A stretch of 64,000 nucleotides of DNA from Vicugna vicugna (GCA_013265495.1 MU058337.1:5374716-5438715); one strand, 5' to 3'. Positions 27,407 to 42,879 are shown, counted from the stretch's first letter. Notes: generated by a model from the sequence alone, not told the origin. Translations and numbers: made by a program.

Positions 27407-30400
27407 GGGATACTTACTCTTAACAGGGATGTGCAGGTTGTAAAATAAGACTAATTTTAGTTACATAATAAGACAAATTTTAGATTATGACTTATAAAAA
27501 AATCAGCTTTATTGAAGTCAAGTCATTTCAGTTAACTACCTGTTTGTAAACAACTATCAGATTTATTTTCAAGGTGTCAGGACTGAACAAGCACTGTCAA
27601 GAAGCATGGCTTTGAAGTTTACGTGTGCGGTGGAAGGGAGCAGGCAGTGTGATGTGCAGTAAAGCTTTATATTTATGAACTTAGTGAAGAGAAATGAGAA
27701 ATCAGGGCCCATTAAAAGAGAGCAAAGAATAGGCAAACTCCATTTCTGAAGTGCAGGGGGTTTAATATGCCAAAATATGAACCTTTCCTTGAAGCCAAAT
27801 AGAAAAACCTTGTTCTTGAGCATAATTGTACACATGGATAGTAAGAAAACACCCTGAAATTTCCTGTGTAGACTTGGTGGTATTTTAGTTAGGGAAGTTT
27901 TCTTAATAAATCCTCAGTTTACTTCACAATAAGACGTACCTCTGTGTTTTTCGGAGCACTGTCTATTTTGTGTATGTTACTAAATCTTTATTGCACCAAA
28001 AGTAAAATACCAACTTTCATCTGCAATTTTTACAGCACATATTTGCCAGTGAAATGCATCATTCACATTATGAAAATTTAATATGACTGACATTAGCAAA
28101 ATCGCTAATTAAGAAATAAGGCATAAATACTCCAAGAAACTTGACAGTCTGTTCTATGAAGAAAATTAATTCAGAAGTCTCCTATTTGCATAAATCTCCA
28201 GGTCTCATTTTCACAGCTGTTTGTTCTGTCAGCTAGATGGTTGCATTTCAAAATTATTTTAACATAATCGGTGGGAAGTATACCTTTCAACTAAAAATAC
28301 CATGCTCTGCAAGAAATATTGGTAGGGGGAAATTATAAGTTCATTCAGTTCATCTTGTTATTTTTTCCCTTAAGATAAATGTTTCTAATATAGAAACTTT
28401 AACATTTAAGTCAAATTATTAAAATATTTTTATTATTAAAAGACATTCTGTAATTTTAGAGTCTCATGAAAATGAAAAGGTTGTATCCTTTTCATCTGGA
28501 AAAATGTTAATGAGTGGTGCCTATCTTAGTAAAGAATGAGAAATACTGGAGATATCTATTTTTTATTAACCAGTGGAGCATAATATGGAGTTTGAGATAT
28601 GTATGCAGTGCTCTGCTAGACAAAGGAGGTAACAGTTTTAAATATGGTTTAGACGAGGTATGTTGTTTGTTTTAATAATTTAGATAAGGAAAGGAGATCC
28701 GTAATTATTGCATCTTAAGATGCCTTTTACCTCTAATGTCCAAATGGACAGCAGGAATTTAAAATCAACAGATTCCAGCTTAGGGAACCAGAGACACCAC
28801 TCGCTACCTGGGTCAGTCATTTAAGGCGCCTGCACTTCAGTTCTCCATCTGCAGTCTGTACAATAACTACCACAGGATTATTGCTAAAATTACTCCAAGT
28901 AATGGACAGTGAACCGCTTTGGGAGCTGTGACGCACCCTAGGTGCTAGTCATGGCTGAGTGTCTCTTCTCGTGTCCTTTCATTTTACCCTGAAGGAAATC
29001 CTAGGAGACAGTACAAATCCATGATTTTGTCTGCGTGGTCATTTATGGGGTTATATGTAAAAATTAACCCGAGCACACCCATTTACGAGAAAAGTGACGG
29101 ATATACCTCCATCCCTTTTCATAACTGGAGGAAGATTCGCCAGCTTTTGCAAATGAGCTTCTGCCATCTTTCCTTCTACTCTTGAAATTATATTTAAGTG
29201 TAGATTCTACTTAGAGTAATTTGCTGCTGAAATAGGCATAACATTTTGATTTCTGCTTTGCTTCTAATTACGTTTAGGCTCATTTTGACATTTAAGGCCA
29301 ATTACATTAGTCTAGATTCAGTAAAACTTCTCCATAGTAGTCTAAAATCTGACCAGTAAACAGGCTCCCCCCCCTTTTATTCATTTAAATGGAATGCTTG
29401 GCAACAAGCATATTTTAGGAATTATAAAAGCAAAATGAATAATATTATTTCATTTTGAAAAAAATAGCGAAGAATTGCTTTCTTCTTGCCAACATGAAAG
29501 GCAGTCACAGAATTAATTGAAACCACCAGTTTGAACTTTCTAAATCACAAGGATAAGGGGTAATCATTTTACAAAGAAATTAATATTTTAAATGTTTCAC
29601 TTCTATTGAAAATACAGTTGATTCTATTAAAAAACAGATCTCAAATTCCTAAAGAGCTCAGAGAGACCTAAATGACTCCAAAAACTTCATCGCTTCAAAG
29701 TCACTAATAACTAAACTCCTCAGAACTCTCCCAGCCCTAACGACGAAATTCAGTGTTTCGTTGTGTTTTAAGAGTCCAGTGTACGTGATGGCTTAGAGCA
29801 CACACAGCTTTTTTATTTAGCTGCCTACTTTCAGGCCGCTTGCTAACACCGTGATTTTTACTGTTTATTCAATAAATTCTCTTATCCTTGATGGCACCAA
29901 AAGGCAATTTATAGTATCTATTAGAACAAAACATTTAGTGTGACTTTTTTCTGTAATTTTTATAGGCAAAGTATAATCTCAGAAAGTGGACTGGAAAGTA
30001 TACTGTATAAAAAAACAAAGTTTTCCAATTGACTGCCAGTACCAATGAAGACATCAGACTAGTAAACAGTTATAGCTGGAAGCTATCTTAGGAACCGTTT
30101 AGTTCAAAGATGAAGTAAAACTGTGACATCAAAAACACTGTCACCCTTCCAGAATCAGGTAACTAAAGGAAATATCTCCTTAAAAATATAAATAGTTTAT
30201 CTTTTGTAGTTTTGAGCTTTACCAAAATGGAGTCACACTGTGTAAGACCTAAAACAAGGAGATTGAGTAGGTGAATAATTAAGGCAATTAAAACCAAAGG
30301 AGGTGTCACTTTTGCACCCAGTGAGTACCGTCAAGGCAGATCTTCTGTTTTACGGCTGACTGGTGGTGAGACACAGCAGGGCCACTCTCAGTAAAAAGGT

Positions 30401-30494
30401 TGAGCTACTGTATAAGTTGTCAAATGGATTTCATTTTGAATGCAAATCTTCTGTAGAGAAAGAGTTCTGGAAACCAGCTAAGACCTAGTTTGAA

Positions 30495-30620
30495 AACGTT
30501 CTTAAATTAGATGGTAGTGATGTTGCACAATTGTAAAGAAACTAAACCACTCAATTGTATGCTTTAAGAGGTGAATTTTATGATGTATAAACTATATCTC
30601 AGTAAAGCTGTTACTTTAAA
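30495..30620 (+). mobile_element. Old L1 (L1MB/L1ME-like) 3' terminus
   Basis: tggtagtgatgttgcacaattgtaa...ggtgaattttatgatgtataaactatatctcagtaaagctgtt. Confidence 0.7.
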
Positions 30621-30722
30621 AAGTTTAAAAGTGTTTACTGTGTTCCCTAGTTCCTCAGTTCTTCGCATTTCAGACCTCAGAGTTCCAGGTTTATTCTACA
30701 GACTTTCAAGCATTTTTGTGCT

Positions 30723-30760
30723 CACACACACACACACACACACACACAAATATATATATA
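30723..30760 (+). repeat. (CA)n(TA)n compound microsatellite
   Basis: A CA run followed by aatatatatata. Confidence 0.9.
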
Positions 30761-31399
30761 GACAAATGGGATCATTCTGTACATTCTGCTCACTCTATGT
30801 TGACCAAAACATAAGATGTTTACCCAAGTATATTTTTAATATTTCATTTTTTAACCTAAATTGATATCCATACATACTAAAACCCCAAAGCATGCACCGG
30901 GTCATCAAGTTATCAAGGTGCCCGTGATTTTTTAAATGGCTAAGAACTGATTTGCAAGGTCTGGGTAAGCACCTCCAGCCTGTCATCTCATGTGGGAGAA
31001 CTCCCGTGCTTTGCTTTCACCTAACGCTAAGAAAGTCTATCAGGAAGAGATTTGGGGTCAGAAATGGATTATTGGGGCCTGGAGAGGGAGAAGGATGCTC
31101 CGTCCTTGATGAATTTGCCAGCTCTATGGCTTGGGCCCTCGGCCCTGGTGGATGCATGGTCCCGGGGACTCTGTTCATCCCACCTGGGATCAGTGTTCAA
31201 GGGGTGTTAACAAAGGAGAAGATATAAAAATAATACTTGTTTATTCCCTTTCCTCCCCTTTTTTGATGCTCTTACTTTAATTCAAGTGTCCCAATCACAG
31301 TTTATGACCAGCAGGTACAGCACCAAAATGCAAGGACACCGAGAGGAAACTATTAGCTGTTTTAGTAGGACTATCAAGGAATATTGACAATATACGTCG

Positions 31400-31880
31400 A
31401 ACTGAGACCAAGAACCAAGGGTGGATTTAGCAGGATTTCCTGGCAGGTTGGATACAGGATGAGAGGAGATGAGAAGGACCAGAGATGTCTGTGAGATCAC
31501 TGGCCCGAGCAGCTTGAAAACTGGATTTGTCATTACTTGAGATGGGAGGGAGCCCAGGAAAAACAGTGTTGGGGAGCAGGGCATGAGGCATTTAATTTGG
31601 GGCATCTAATGCTCGAGATCCCTATTAGAGAGACACCCAAGTAAAGATGTGGAGTTGACTCTGAATGTGGGGCTGTATCTATGGACGTGGGTGTCATCAG
31701 GACATGGAGGGTATTGAAAGGCCTTAGAATGGATGAGATCAACCAGTGAGCGTTGGTTGACAAGAAAGAGATGTGAGGACCGAGCCCTGAGTCTCTGCCA
31801 CATTTGGAGAGTAGGAACATTTTTAGAGATTAGGAAATTGAGGAGGAACTTGCAAAAGAGCCTGAGGAGGTCTGGCAGTG
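31400..31880 (-). mobile_element. L2 LINE remnant
   Basis: Purine-rich + strand with L2 motifs (caggatttcctggcaggttggat, ttaatttggggcat, gaatggatgagatca). The reverse-strand ORF peptides (…LFFLGSLPSQVMTNPV…) look like decayed L2 ORF2. Confidence 0.7.
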
Positions 31881-34800
31881 AATTGTGTGGTCCTACAGTG
31901 CGGGGCTTGGGCTCTTCAGTGAGTCCAGGACCCTGGTTCTCGGCTCTTAGATGCATTTTCTCTTGCATCATCCCTGAGACAGCTTGTTCCTCACACTCCG
32001 GTCTTACGACTCGCACCCTCTCCCCTGGTTCACATCCTTTGTTTTGTGTGCACGTACCCAAGGAATATGACGCGCTCTGATTAGATGAGGTACTCACTGA
32101 GTTCATGATTTCAAAACCTCCCTTCTTCATTCAGTGAACATCCTTGCAGCCTCTTTATTCAGTGCATTTTCTTTTCCACTTCACTTCCCTTCATTCAGAG
32201 GTGTTGCTTCCTTGGAATGTGTGCTTATAATTACAACTCTGACTTTGTAATGACCCCTTCATTGCTGCTACTGAACTGCATAGCCAGTCTCTGTGCGTTC
32301 GTTCACCTCCAGACCCTACTGCTAACTGTGTGATGTTTTCCTGTCAGTTCCATTTGAAATTCATTAGAGATGTTTTTGATTGATTTGGTTCTTCCCTGAT
32401 GGGGCTAAGTTGTCTGTTCCGGACCACGTCCTACGCAGCTGGCCCCATCTCAGGTTAAGTGCTCATCCCTGATTCAGTTAGCTGCAGCCAGGCACCTGCA
32501 GCATGAACACAGCCTGACCTGCATAGGAGTGATTATGTGATTATGTCATTAGAAACAGAAAAGAACAAGCTTTTGCAAACAAAGTGCTTACCCCTATTTA
32601 CATCTAAAGGATTGGACTTGAGGGGAAAAATAGCAAAAATCACAGACTTTCTGTCCCTAAAACCTACAGAAACGAATAAAACAATTAATTAGCACCCTGG
32701 ATAAAATTATACTAGCAATAACCACACACAATAAAAGGCCACAGTTTCATACCATTATTTTTTTCTTATTTCCTGAGAGCTTTTTATTTCAAATAAAGAG
32801 ATTTTTTAAATTAAATGCCTTGTAAATTTTTAAAGTCAAAAGGATGTATTATGTAATAGAAAGGATATATGACATTTAACTAATTTCTTAAGAACATGTT
32901 TTTACATTTTATTGTTGTGATGTTAGTTTATGTACCACAAAGTACAAATTAAGAAAATTTTGTTTAGTGAAATTTAAAGGAAATGTGAGATATATAATTT
33001 TTTAACAAAAGGAATTAAAAATACTTATATTGAAATGTAGAGTTAGTAAATGAGAACTAGCCTTATTCAAAGACTCAAAGATTACTTAACTGTGACTGTT
33101 AATAAAACTGGCTGCGTTCAAAAATAGAAACATAAGATTTGTTTGTTAAAGAATCTGAGTTTAAATTTAAAGTTTTAAATTTGTAAGTTTTATTAACTAA
33201 AGAAAAAACTGAATATGTTCCCATTAATATTCAGATATACTCTGGTGTTTTCTATCTGAAAGGAAAAAAGAAAAACTCTTCTTGATGCGACATCGTTTTT
33301 CAACTCCCACCCAAATTCATACCATCGTGTTTGACTAGCAGCTACTAAGAAAGAAGGAGTGAGTGGGGCAGAGAGAGCGCATCAGAGAGGAGGCTCATGC
33401 CTTAAGCCTGTTTTCCAGAAGCTGAGAAAAAATTAAATTGGAAAAGCAAATTCTAAAATATGTACTCATATCCCTCACTTTGGGGAGCCTCAGGCTGCAG
33501 GGATTTGCAGAGCCCAGGGAAAAGACGTTGCGAATCTCCCATGGGTGTAGGAATGATCATTTAGCCCACCTTCCCAGGGGCAAGGTAAACCGCTAGGTTG
33601 CACCAGTTTTATTTTTCCCAGCTGGGAAGAAGGCTTGAGAATGAAAGCAAACTAATCATAATTTCTGAAAACTAAATATCTCCCGTAATAAACAAAACTT
33701 TAGCCTAGTGAAAGAATGAAGAGAAAAGAAGGGAACAGAAGCCACCAGGGAATAGGAGGCCCAGCAGGGGACAGTGATGTGGGGGGGACTCAGTTGTCCT
33801 CTCCTCTCACCCAGAGGACCAAGACCAACAGAATCAACCTGTCCCTCGCCTGGAGTCAGTGGAGTGCGAATGATGTGGGAGGAAGCTGGTGAATTAGGGC
33901 AACTGAACACCTGGGACTGAATGGCTCTGGCAGCAGTAAATGTTCCAGAATCTGCCTGCACTGGAGACCTATCTGAAGCCTGGTATATCACATATAACTG
34001 CCCATGGCCTCAGCTAATCCATCTCTCCCTGCAGCCCCCTCTCCGTTTACTGAGACAGCAAAACATAGAGAATACCTAGCTGACCAATCAAAACGGGACC
34101 CAAATGACAGGGATGAGATTCTGGGACCACTTTCTGACACCATGTTGGAGGGAATAAAAAATAGAGATAGGAAAATTTATCACGCAAGATGTTTCTCTGT
34201 GATGATATGCTGCCTTGGGACTAGTGTTATTGGAAGGCATGCCTGATCGCAATACTACGTATGCTTTATTAAAAAAGAAAGAAAGAAAGAAAATATAAAT
34301 AAAATTAAAAAACCATAAATAAAAGGAGTGGCAAATTAGTTCACATAGAAGTTTAAAATTTATTTTTGTAAAAATACTATAAAAGGACAGGGAAAATACG
34401 TTAAACATATATGGCAGATATGAGATTAATTTTCTTAATTTCTAAAGAGCTGGTGGAAATCAATAAGGGCGGAGTAAAGGTTAACAGGAGAGGAAAATGG
34501 CGTGTGAACATGGAGCTCGGAGAAAAGAAACAGCTTCCTCCAGGCCTTTGTTCCTCACTCCCTTAGCCACCATTTAAATCCAGCTCGATTTCTTCATGAA
34601 AGTCAGTCGCTGTCATTTTCCCCGGACAGTTCTTGGCTCACCAAAGAGGAATACACCTTTGTCCTCCCAACTTGCTCCTTGGATAGCTTTCCCATATTTC
34701 TCTTATGCACCCTGTTTTTCATTCTTCCATTTCTGAGAGTTGGCCATCATCATCTTTTTCTTCCACTCTTGATTATGAATTTCTCAAGAAACCGTGTCTT

Positions 34801-37372
34801 CCTCATCTTAATCCCCAACACACCAAGCCTTCAGGAACCACTGATAATCCACGTCTGAATAAATAACGTAAGCAGTTCTTCAAGGAACACAGATCCTGTG
34901 ACAGTATAAGTCAGTAAATGTATTTGATTCACATCACAAGCTATCTTGGGACTTAAATTTCTGGATAAAATCTCAACCAAACTGTTAAGGCAGCCCTCAT
35001 GCAGGACACATTAATTTTCAGGTTGTAATAGACGTGTTTCATGGCACTACCTCTCACAGGTTTATTCATCTAAGTGGCTATAAACACATGGATCGCGTGG
35101 TAACAGAAAGCTTTACTCTCAAGTATAATTCACAGTATCTCACAGTGCGCTCTTTCAGGTGGCTGAACTGTGCAGAAATGAGACTTTTTTTTCTTCTGAG
35201 ACTCTGAAAGAGTAGAGGGTAACCCCAGTATTCTTGCTCACATTGCTTATCCCACAGCAACAGGTTTTCAAACCCATATCTCCATGTCCCCAAGATTTAC
35301 TAACTGAATGCATGACAGCTGAGTGTTTGTGAAAGCTAACGCCGTAGATGAAAACAAATTGAGTTGGTTTCTGCCCCATGCAGCTGAAAGGTACACCTGA
35401 ATTTTTGGTCTCTAGGTACCAAGAAAAAAAAAATTCTGTTAGACTTAATCACAAGCTTTCCTGTCACTCTGGGGGAAAGAAATCCATGTCCAGTAAAATC
35501 CCTTTCATACTAGAACATGTTTTGACTCTTCCTCTGTTGCTGTTGAGTCTTTCAAATGTACACGCGTTCACACTGGTGACATCTCTATTGAAGAAAGTAC
35601 AGCAATCTGATATTTTTATGTGAATCAACTTCAGAACTTGTGTTGCTTGCCTTCAGATATAATGCATATTCAATACAAAAAGCATATAGGGAAAAAATAA
35701 TTGCCCTCAATGATAAGTTCTGACATACTTATGAGGTTAAATGATGCATTGAAAAATTCTCTGAAGCATTTTTAGGATGAGTTAAAGCTAATATTCTCTT
35801 AGGCACCCTAGAAGGAAAGTATTATATTGTCCTCGCTGATGGTCAAGTATCCGTAACAACATACTTCATACCTTCATGAACAGAAAACTTTGTAGGGTAA
35901 TGAGATTATAGAAAAATTAGCTCAAGGAGAAATAAAGTGTTTCACACATGGACAAAGTGTAAGAGGAAAAAGTTACCTCCTAGTTCAAGATTCATTTAAC
36001 AACTATTTGCTCCTTTGTTCAGGCAGGTCCACTGTGTGCTGGGCATTGAACTTCATACTTCTAAAAAGGTTAATTTAATTATCTAAGTAAAGAAAAGTGC
36101 TAAGAGAGTTTACTGTGAAATGGGGCTTGGGAAGCAGTAGATTCAAAACATCCCCGGACACAGGAAGCAATGCTTGGAAAAGTACTTACTTTGGAATCAT
36201 AACACCTGGTGCTACTTCTGTTAGTGATACAAATAAATGGAGTGACTTTGGGCTAGTCACGGAGATTTAAGCCTCCTTTTCCTTATCTTCAAAAAGAATG
36301 AGTCAGATTAGATTCTCTTTAGGGTCCGTTTTGCTTCTGAGATACTCACAGTGTAACAGCTTTTTTCTTGGGCTCAGTCGTCTTTGCATTGTCTTGGACT
36401 TTATTTCTTGGGATTGCGATACCTGAGAATTCAACTTAGTGTTCCAGTGTACTGAGGTCTCTAAAGATTTTTTTAGAGTCGTGAGATTCCAATTGTCAAC
36501 TTTCCCCCAACATCATCAGAAGTTCTCATCAGGAAGCATTTATTGACCGCTAATGTATACAGGATATATGAGTCAAAGATGTATATATAATTGTATATTT
36601 AATGAGAAAAACATTTAGGAATGACACTAACCAAAGATCTTTGCAGAGTGAGAAGTAGTCTTTTTGCTTGGCTGGCTTTTGTTGGAATGCTGTATTTTTA
36701 AAAATAATTTTAATTTAATTTAATTTAATTTAATATTTTGTTTTATTTTATTTTTGGTCTTGGTTTCTTCCGTGGTCTTGATTCTGCCTTGAAAATTTTT
36801 TAAAAATCATGAAACATGATCATTCTTATCAAATTGCTCAGCATGGCAATATCTTTTAGAAATATTTCTCTTTTAAAGTCTCATGTTTTTAATATAACTG
36901 AAATAATTTGGATGGATACTATTAAAGTAAAATTAAAGCTATTATTCTCATTTGCCTTTAGACAATCAAATGTAATTCACTATAAAAATAGTTGTGCTTA
37001 GCAGCAAAAAAAAAATAGTAATCTGTTAAAAATGTTCATTGGTTAGCTTGCTAAAGGGGAAAAACAAGAGAGTCAATAAAGCAAAGGTCATGAATTTTGT
37101 TCTGATTTGCTCAGCAGTATTTACCACCAACAAGTCTAATTTTAATTCAGGGTAATTATTTTGTTTTCCACTCTGAATAGTTAGATATCAGGCTTTTAGG
37201 ATCTTTGTTCTTAGCCCTTTCCTGTCTGTTGAATTAAGGCTGTTCTTTCCCTGCTGAATCAAGATAAAAATCAATAATATTGAGATCAAAGTCCTCAAAC
37301 ACTATATGCTAATTTTAAATTGCGTGCAAGGCCAATGCTGGTCTGTAACTCCTCCATTTTTTTCCCCTGTAG

Positions 37373-37516
<144 letters not shown>

Positions 37517-38409
37517 TGAGCATTTCTTTTCAATTAAGTCTTACAATTCATAGTGGGATAAGCATCAACAGGTTTGAGGTTTATTTTCAATTTCAGAATG
37601 AGAGCCAAAGAAACAAGGTAGAGTCATCCTGTTGGACGAGGTCCCTTCCCTTCCATTCTAAATGTCTATGACTCAGAGAACTCCTTGGGGAACTAAATTT
37701 CAGATTTAAGTAAGAAGTTGTCTCCACCAAGTACAAGTTGTTTGCAGGAGGGAAAACAAGACAAAACAAAATGGAAATTCCACATCCATGTACTGACTTA
37801 ACCATCTCTGAACATTCACACCCTCAGTGATCTAAGGATCAAACTAGAACTACAGTATTATTATTTTTTATCATGTAGAGACACTCTCTTCAGTTTCACT
37901 GCCTCCTCTTCACAGCTGTAATTAAACTGAAGACAGAAGCTGGAGAACTGCAGGGTGTAGTCAGTTAATTAGAAATCAGCACAGTGTTACTGTGCTTTGT
38001 GTGACCAGAAGAAACACATAGGAAAAGATAAAACACATCGCTGCAAATAATTGTAATAAAGCATGATAGAAACTAAATACCAAATGCAGCAAAAATTTTC
38101 TTCTGTCACACAAGCAGATTTTTCTCTTCAATGTATTTCTGTTAAAAAAAAGGAAAAAATTATGACGTGGCCTGTGACACATTGAGGGATATAATTCTCA
38201 GGTCTTTCTAATGCTAAGTGTACATCTCCATATAATAAATTTGTACATATTTAAGTACCAAATTCAAGCTGTAATAATTATGTTAAAAGTTCCAAAGTAA
38301 GGACCCAGAATGTTACCGTTTATCAGGAACATATGAAGTAAAAACAATCGCTTCTCTTTACTGAGCGGCGAAATATTTTATAGTTTTATTCCTAGTATTC
38401 GGAAGCACC

Positions 38410-38535
38410 GAGTAAAGTGATATTCTCACTTTACAGAAGATGAAACTGGGGAGCTAATTTGCCCAATATCACAAGTGTGAATGGTAGAGCCAGAACATTC
38501 CCAGGTCTGCCTGGTCTCACAGCCTGTGGCCTCGC
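38410..38535 (-). mobile_element. MIR fragment
   Basis: cactttacagaagatgaaactgggg...aatttgcccaatatcaca...tggtagagccag matches the MIR core. Confidence 0.65.
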
Positions 38536-40109
38536 CCTACTTGCTGCTGCTTCCCTAGACTGGGAAGCCTGGCGTTGTCACTGCAAATGTCTGCAGCAAA
38601 TTAATCCTGTGCCCAAGAGTCGCTCAGATAAAGCAGATTACATCTGAGCTCTAAGGTCCCTTTCGATTTTAAATGTCTGTCTATGAAGCAAATTAAGTGC
38701 TGGAGAAACTTGATGTGTTAACCAGCGCTTGCATTTGCTACAGGCAGAGGCCTTCAAAACCTGTGTGATTGTGATGTGGTGGGACGTCCTGGGTGCAAAT
38801 AGTGCCATCACATAGGGATAGTTTTGTCATTTTTTACACGAGGTGACTTTAAAATATTCACAAAAGGAAGGAACACTGAGCAGGGGAAATGGAGGTTTGG
38901 CTTCTAGAGCTAAATCTGATTACACTGGTGTTGGCAGGCACTTGGCCCTGAGGCCTTTGCATCCTCCCTTCCAGGACCTGTGTCATTCTTTCATTCATTC
39001 ATTCATTTACTCATAAACTCAACTAATGTTTATTAAGCCCCTACTAAGTGTTTAAGTTTCTTTAAAACTACAGAATAGCTTGGAGACTATTGCTCATGGG
39101 TTAAATGCAGGATAGATGGTTGCAATCATCTACATATGAGAATAACCTGTCTAATTGTTATTCTGTTAAAAAATTTAAAAAAAAATTCTTTTGCTCACCC
39201 CACTGCAGATATTTCACACTTAGAGATTTGGTTCTTAAGTCAGAGACTAACACAATTTGTAAGCAGGAAGAAAAACAGTCTAGGCTAGTAAATTTGATAG
39301 CAAAGTATTTTTTTTTCTAGTGCATTTCTACAGGGACTGCTAATATAATGGAATAAAATACTAAATCTGGTAATAGACTTCTTTGGCAATCTAAATTACC
39401 CTTATTGGTCCAAAAATATGGTTTTGATTGCAGAATACCAAAGTACTTCCAAGAACTCCTGAGGTTCACCTGAACCTTTTAAGGAATCTACAGAGCATAG
39501 ATTAAAATATCTATTTCCACATCCATATCTAATTCCACATCCGTATTCTACTGATTTAAGTAGAAAACACTCATAATGTTTTTCATTGTGATTTTCAACA
39601 AGTAGTTCTAAGTTAAAGCTGAAAACTGAAATTTTTGTTCTTTTATTTATAATTTTTTCAAATCTGTAAAAGCTATGTATGTCAGTGGGGGCAGTCTGGT
39701 AAATATGGTGGCGTACAAGACTGCAGACTTGGAGCCCAAAAATCTAGCTTCAGGATCTAGCTCTTTTGGTCCCTAGAGGTGACTTGGGAAGAATCCGACA
39801 ACTTCCCTGGTCTCTGTGTTGTGTAACATCTGGAAGTGAGACTAGTGAGGCCCAGCACACCTAGTTTCCAAGGTCACCATGTCTTTGTGAGTTGAGCTTG
39901 TATTTTTGAGGGTGTTTTAGCCATGGTCTGAGAAGATAGATGATCGTAATTATCAGCAACACTGAGTTCCTTCAAGTTTAAGTAAGGCGGTCTGTGCACT
40001 TAAAGCTATATATTAATAAACACTAAAATGTCATTGTTATTTCAGATGTTTTTAATTCATAGAAGTGAAGCATTACTGATCAGTTTACAGTATTATTTAT
40101 GCCCAAGTG

Positions 40110-40400
40110 GTGCATAGGTTCTGGATATCAATCCCTCAACTGCTATATATGTTACAAATATCCTCTCTTAGGTAATATTTTGTTATTCCAATTGGTCTGT
40201 GATGACTTTTGACATTATATTTTGATGTAGTCAGAGCTATCAGTTTTTCACTTATGGTCAATATTTAATTTGGACTCATGCTTAAGAAATTCTTTCTAAC
40301 CCTGAAGTAATAAAAATACTCTCCTCCATTTTCTAATTGTTTTAAATTTTTGCCTTTTACCTTTAGATCTTTAACCCATCTCAACTTACTGTTTATATAT
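40110..40400 (-). mobile_element. Old L1M ORF2 remnant (reverse)
   Basis: ttctggatatcaatccc, tgttacaaatatcctctc, tgcttaagaaattctttctaacc and tttagatctttaacccatct are reverse L1 motifs. Confidence 0.65.
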
Positions 40401-42879
40401 AAGTTGGATGAAATATAATATGGAAACAAAACTCAAATCAATTTTTCTCATCCAGGTTTATGTGAAATTTTTAAAACTTTTTTTTAAGATGTGTGGTTGG
40501 TTTCTCTGATTATTGACATCTAAAGCAGCAAGGTCAATTCAGATTTTTTAATTTATAAATAATTTTTAAATGAGAACTAATTAATTAAGGGAAAGAAAAA
40601 CTCCAGAACTTAATTATTAAAACTGCAAGTATTACTTCTGTACTTCCCAAAAAGTCTAGGGACCGAAGTCACGTCCCCAGCTCACTGGAGACTCTGCTTC
40701 AACGTGATCAACCAGAGCTTTATTTTCCTGTGTGTCCTCAGAGTGGCAGTGACTATAATGGACTCTCTCAAGTTAGCCCAACTCGATTCAGCACTTTTTA
40801 CTGAATCTCAACTCCTCTGTATAAGTACTAACCTACCTGCTGGCCAGAGTGAGAAAGGGCTTACCCTATGTCCCCTCTGAGCCTACGCCTAATACAGAAT
40901 TTGGACTAGTAAACACAGACCAACAAACAGATAAAAGCTGTGATTCAAAACCTAATGATCCAAGCTGTTGCTTGCTGTGTGATCAGTGCACATACACATC
41001 TGCTTCCTGACCACTCCAGATCGACCTGATCGGAAGTTTTAAAAATACTGGCAGTGAAACAGCTGGAGACGGCTTGTGGACCAACAGACAAATGTGCATG
41101 GAGGTGATAGGCCTGCATTATGTAGGCATCACATTCCCTTAAAAAACAAACATTTGTAAGTTAAAATCACTATTCCATAAGCCTGTCTTTAGGCTTGAAT
41201 TTAGCTTAAAATGAACATTTTTGTTAAATCAGATGTATCATTTTTTGCAAAATACTACAAAGCATTTTAACCCAAATTGGGAAAAAGGAAAAACAGCCCA
41301 CATAGATGTACAAGCTCTGATTTGTTTTTTATCCCTGCTGGTCAGTGATGCCGCACAGCCTGGGGAGCTCCTGATTGGATCTTCTCAGGGACAGACAGGC
41401 ATGTGCCAAGCAGGAAAAAAAAAAAGTTTGGCTGCGATTTGTTCTGGAATAGAAAACAGCAGGCTGTTCCATTGCCCCCTGGGGGCACCAATTTGTCAGC
41501 CCACAATGAAAATCAGGCGTAAGTGTATAGCAAATGCATATTTATAACTATTATCTGTTGTCCCTGGGAAATGTCTCTCTCGTCCACCAGGTATGTATTC
41601 TGTATTTCTGTCCTGACTGATTGCAGTTGACCCAGTGCTTCTGAAATGCATCTTCCCCCCTACCCCCGCCTTTTGCCAAGGATTTGGGGATAAGAATGAT
41701 GGAAGACTTCAGCAGTTGAAAGACTCTTTTTTTTCTCAGTATTTTCCCCTTTATTATTGTTTCAAAGGAAAGCCCTGTGATGTGAATATTGAAAGAGAGA
41801 AAATGTAATTAAGCGTCCATTGTGGATAGTCTTTTTGTTACCTTTGAAGTGCTTAAATTAACACAGCAGTCTCTTGATTTTGCTTCTGTAGTGGCAGCTT
41901 TCAGAGAATAGTCATATTTTGCTGACAAAAATGGGCATTCCAAAGTGTAAATTAAATAACTTGATTTTAGCGAATTCATTTTAAAGTGCATCTGTGGTGA
42001 ACATTTCCCATTTTTACATTGCTCTGATTACATTTGACTTTTTGTTGACCTATATAAAAAATGAAATTGTTTCCGACTACAGCCTGCAAGACAGCTTAGG
42101 ACAGTGTGATTATAAATGGTAAAAAGGAGAAGAAAACCACAAGATTACGGGGTGTTGACCAGATTCCTGCTGTGCCTCTAGTATATACTTGAAAATAAAT
42201 TTAAAAAATAGAAATTATTAATAAAGTTCACAGTGGAGAAAGAAATAATATTAAAGGTGACATTTCAGCTAAAGGACTATCTTTAAGCTATGTACAAAGG
42301 AAAAAAAATCAGAGGAAACTTGAGAAAGATAGGGTGAGTGAGGGCATGACTATGCAGAGTGGGAGAGAATGCAAAATAGGATAGGAAGCTACAGATACAG
42401 AAATAGAAATTCTCGATCAAGAAAACCCATTCTAAGTTGGTAAAGCCAGTCTCGAAGAAACACACCATAACTTTCAGTGGTCTGAATCATGCCAGCCTAA
42501 CCTCTCTCATAGAGTGTGAGAATCCTCGTGTGTTGCAGAGTGGTCATGTCACGACAACTTTGGGGGAAAGGATACTGGGGAGCTCACTGCTTCTGTGATT
42601 GAATTCCACTGAAGTGGATTATGGGTGAATGGAAGGAAGACAAGTTTGCCTGTGGTTAAAGGTATCAAACTGAAACGTAGCGAACACCTTAGCTCAGGTG
42701 AATCTGGCTTGTTCAGGAGTGTAAGGAGTGAGAGGAGGAGTTAGAGGAGGAGAGGAGAGAGGTCATAAGGAATCACAGTAGGTGAACACCTCCTACCACG
42801 TGGGGGTGGGAGCTGTGTTGAACCTGGAGGCGTTGCTTTTGAAATCCACTAAGCTGGAAGGTCCACACCCCACCCAATG

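Noticed and set aside
31282..32130. Cluster of overlapping 95-174 aa ORFs
   Set aside because: They overlap a decayed L2 element, with no coherent splice or codon signal.
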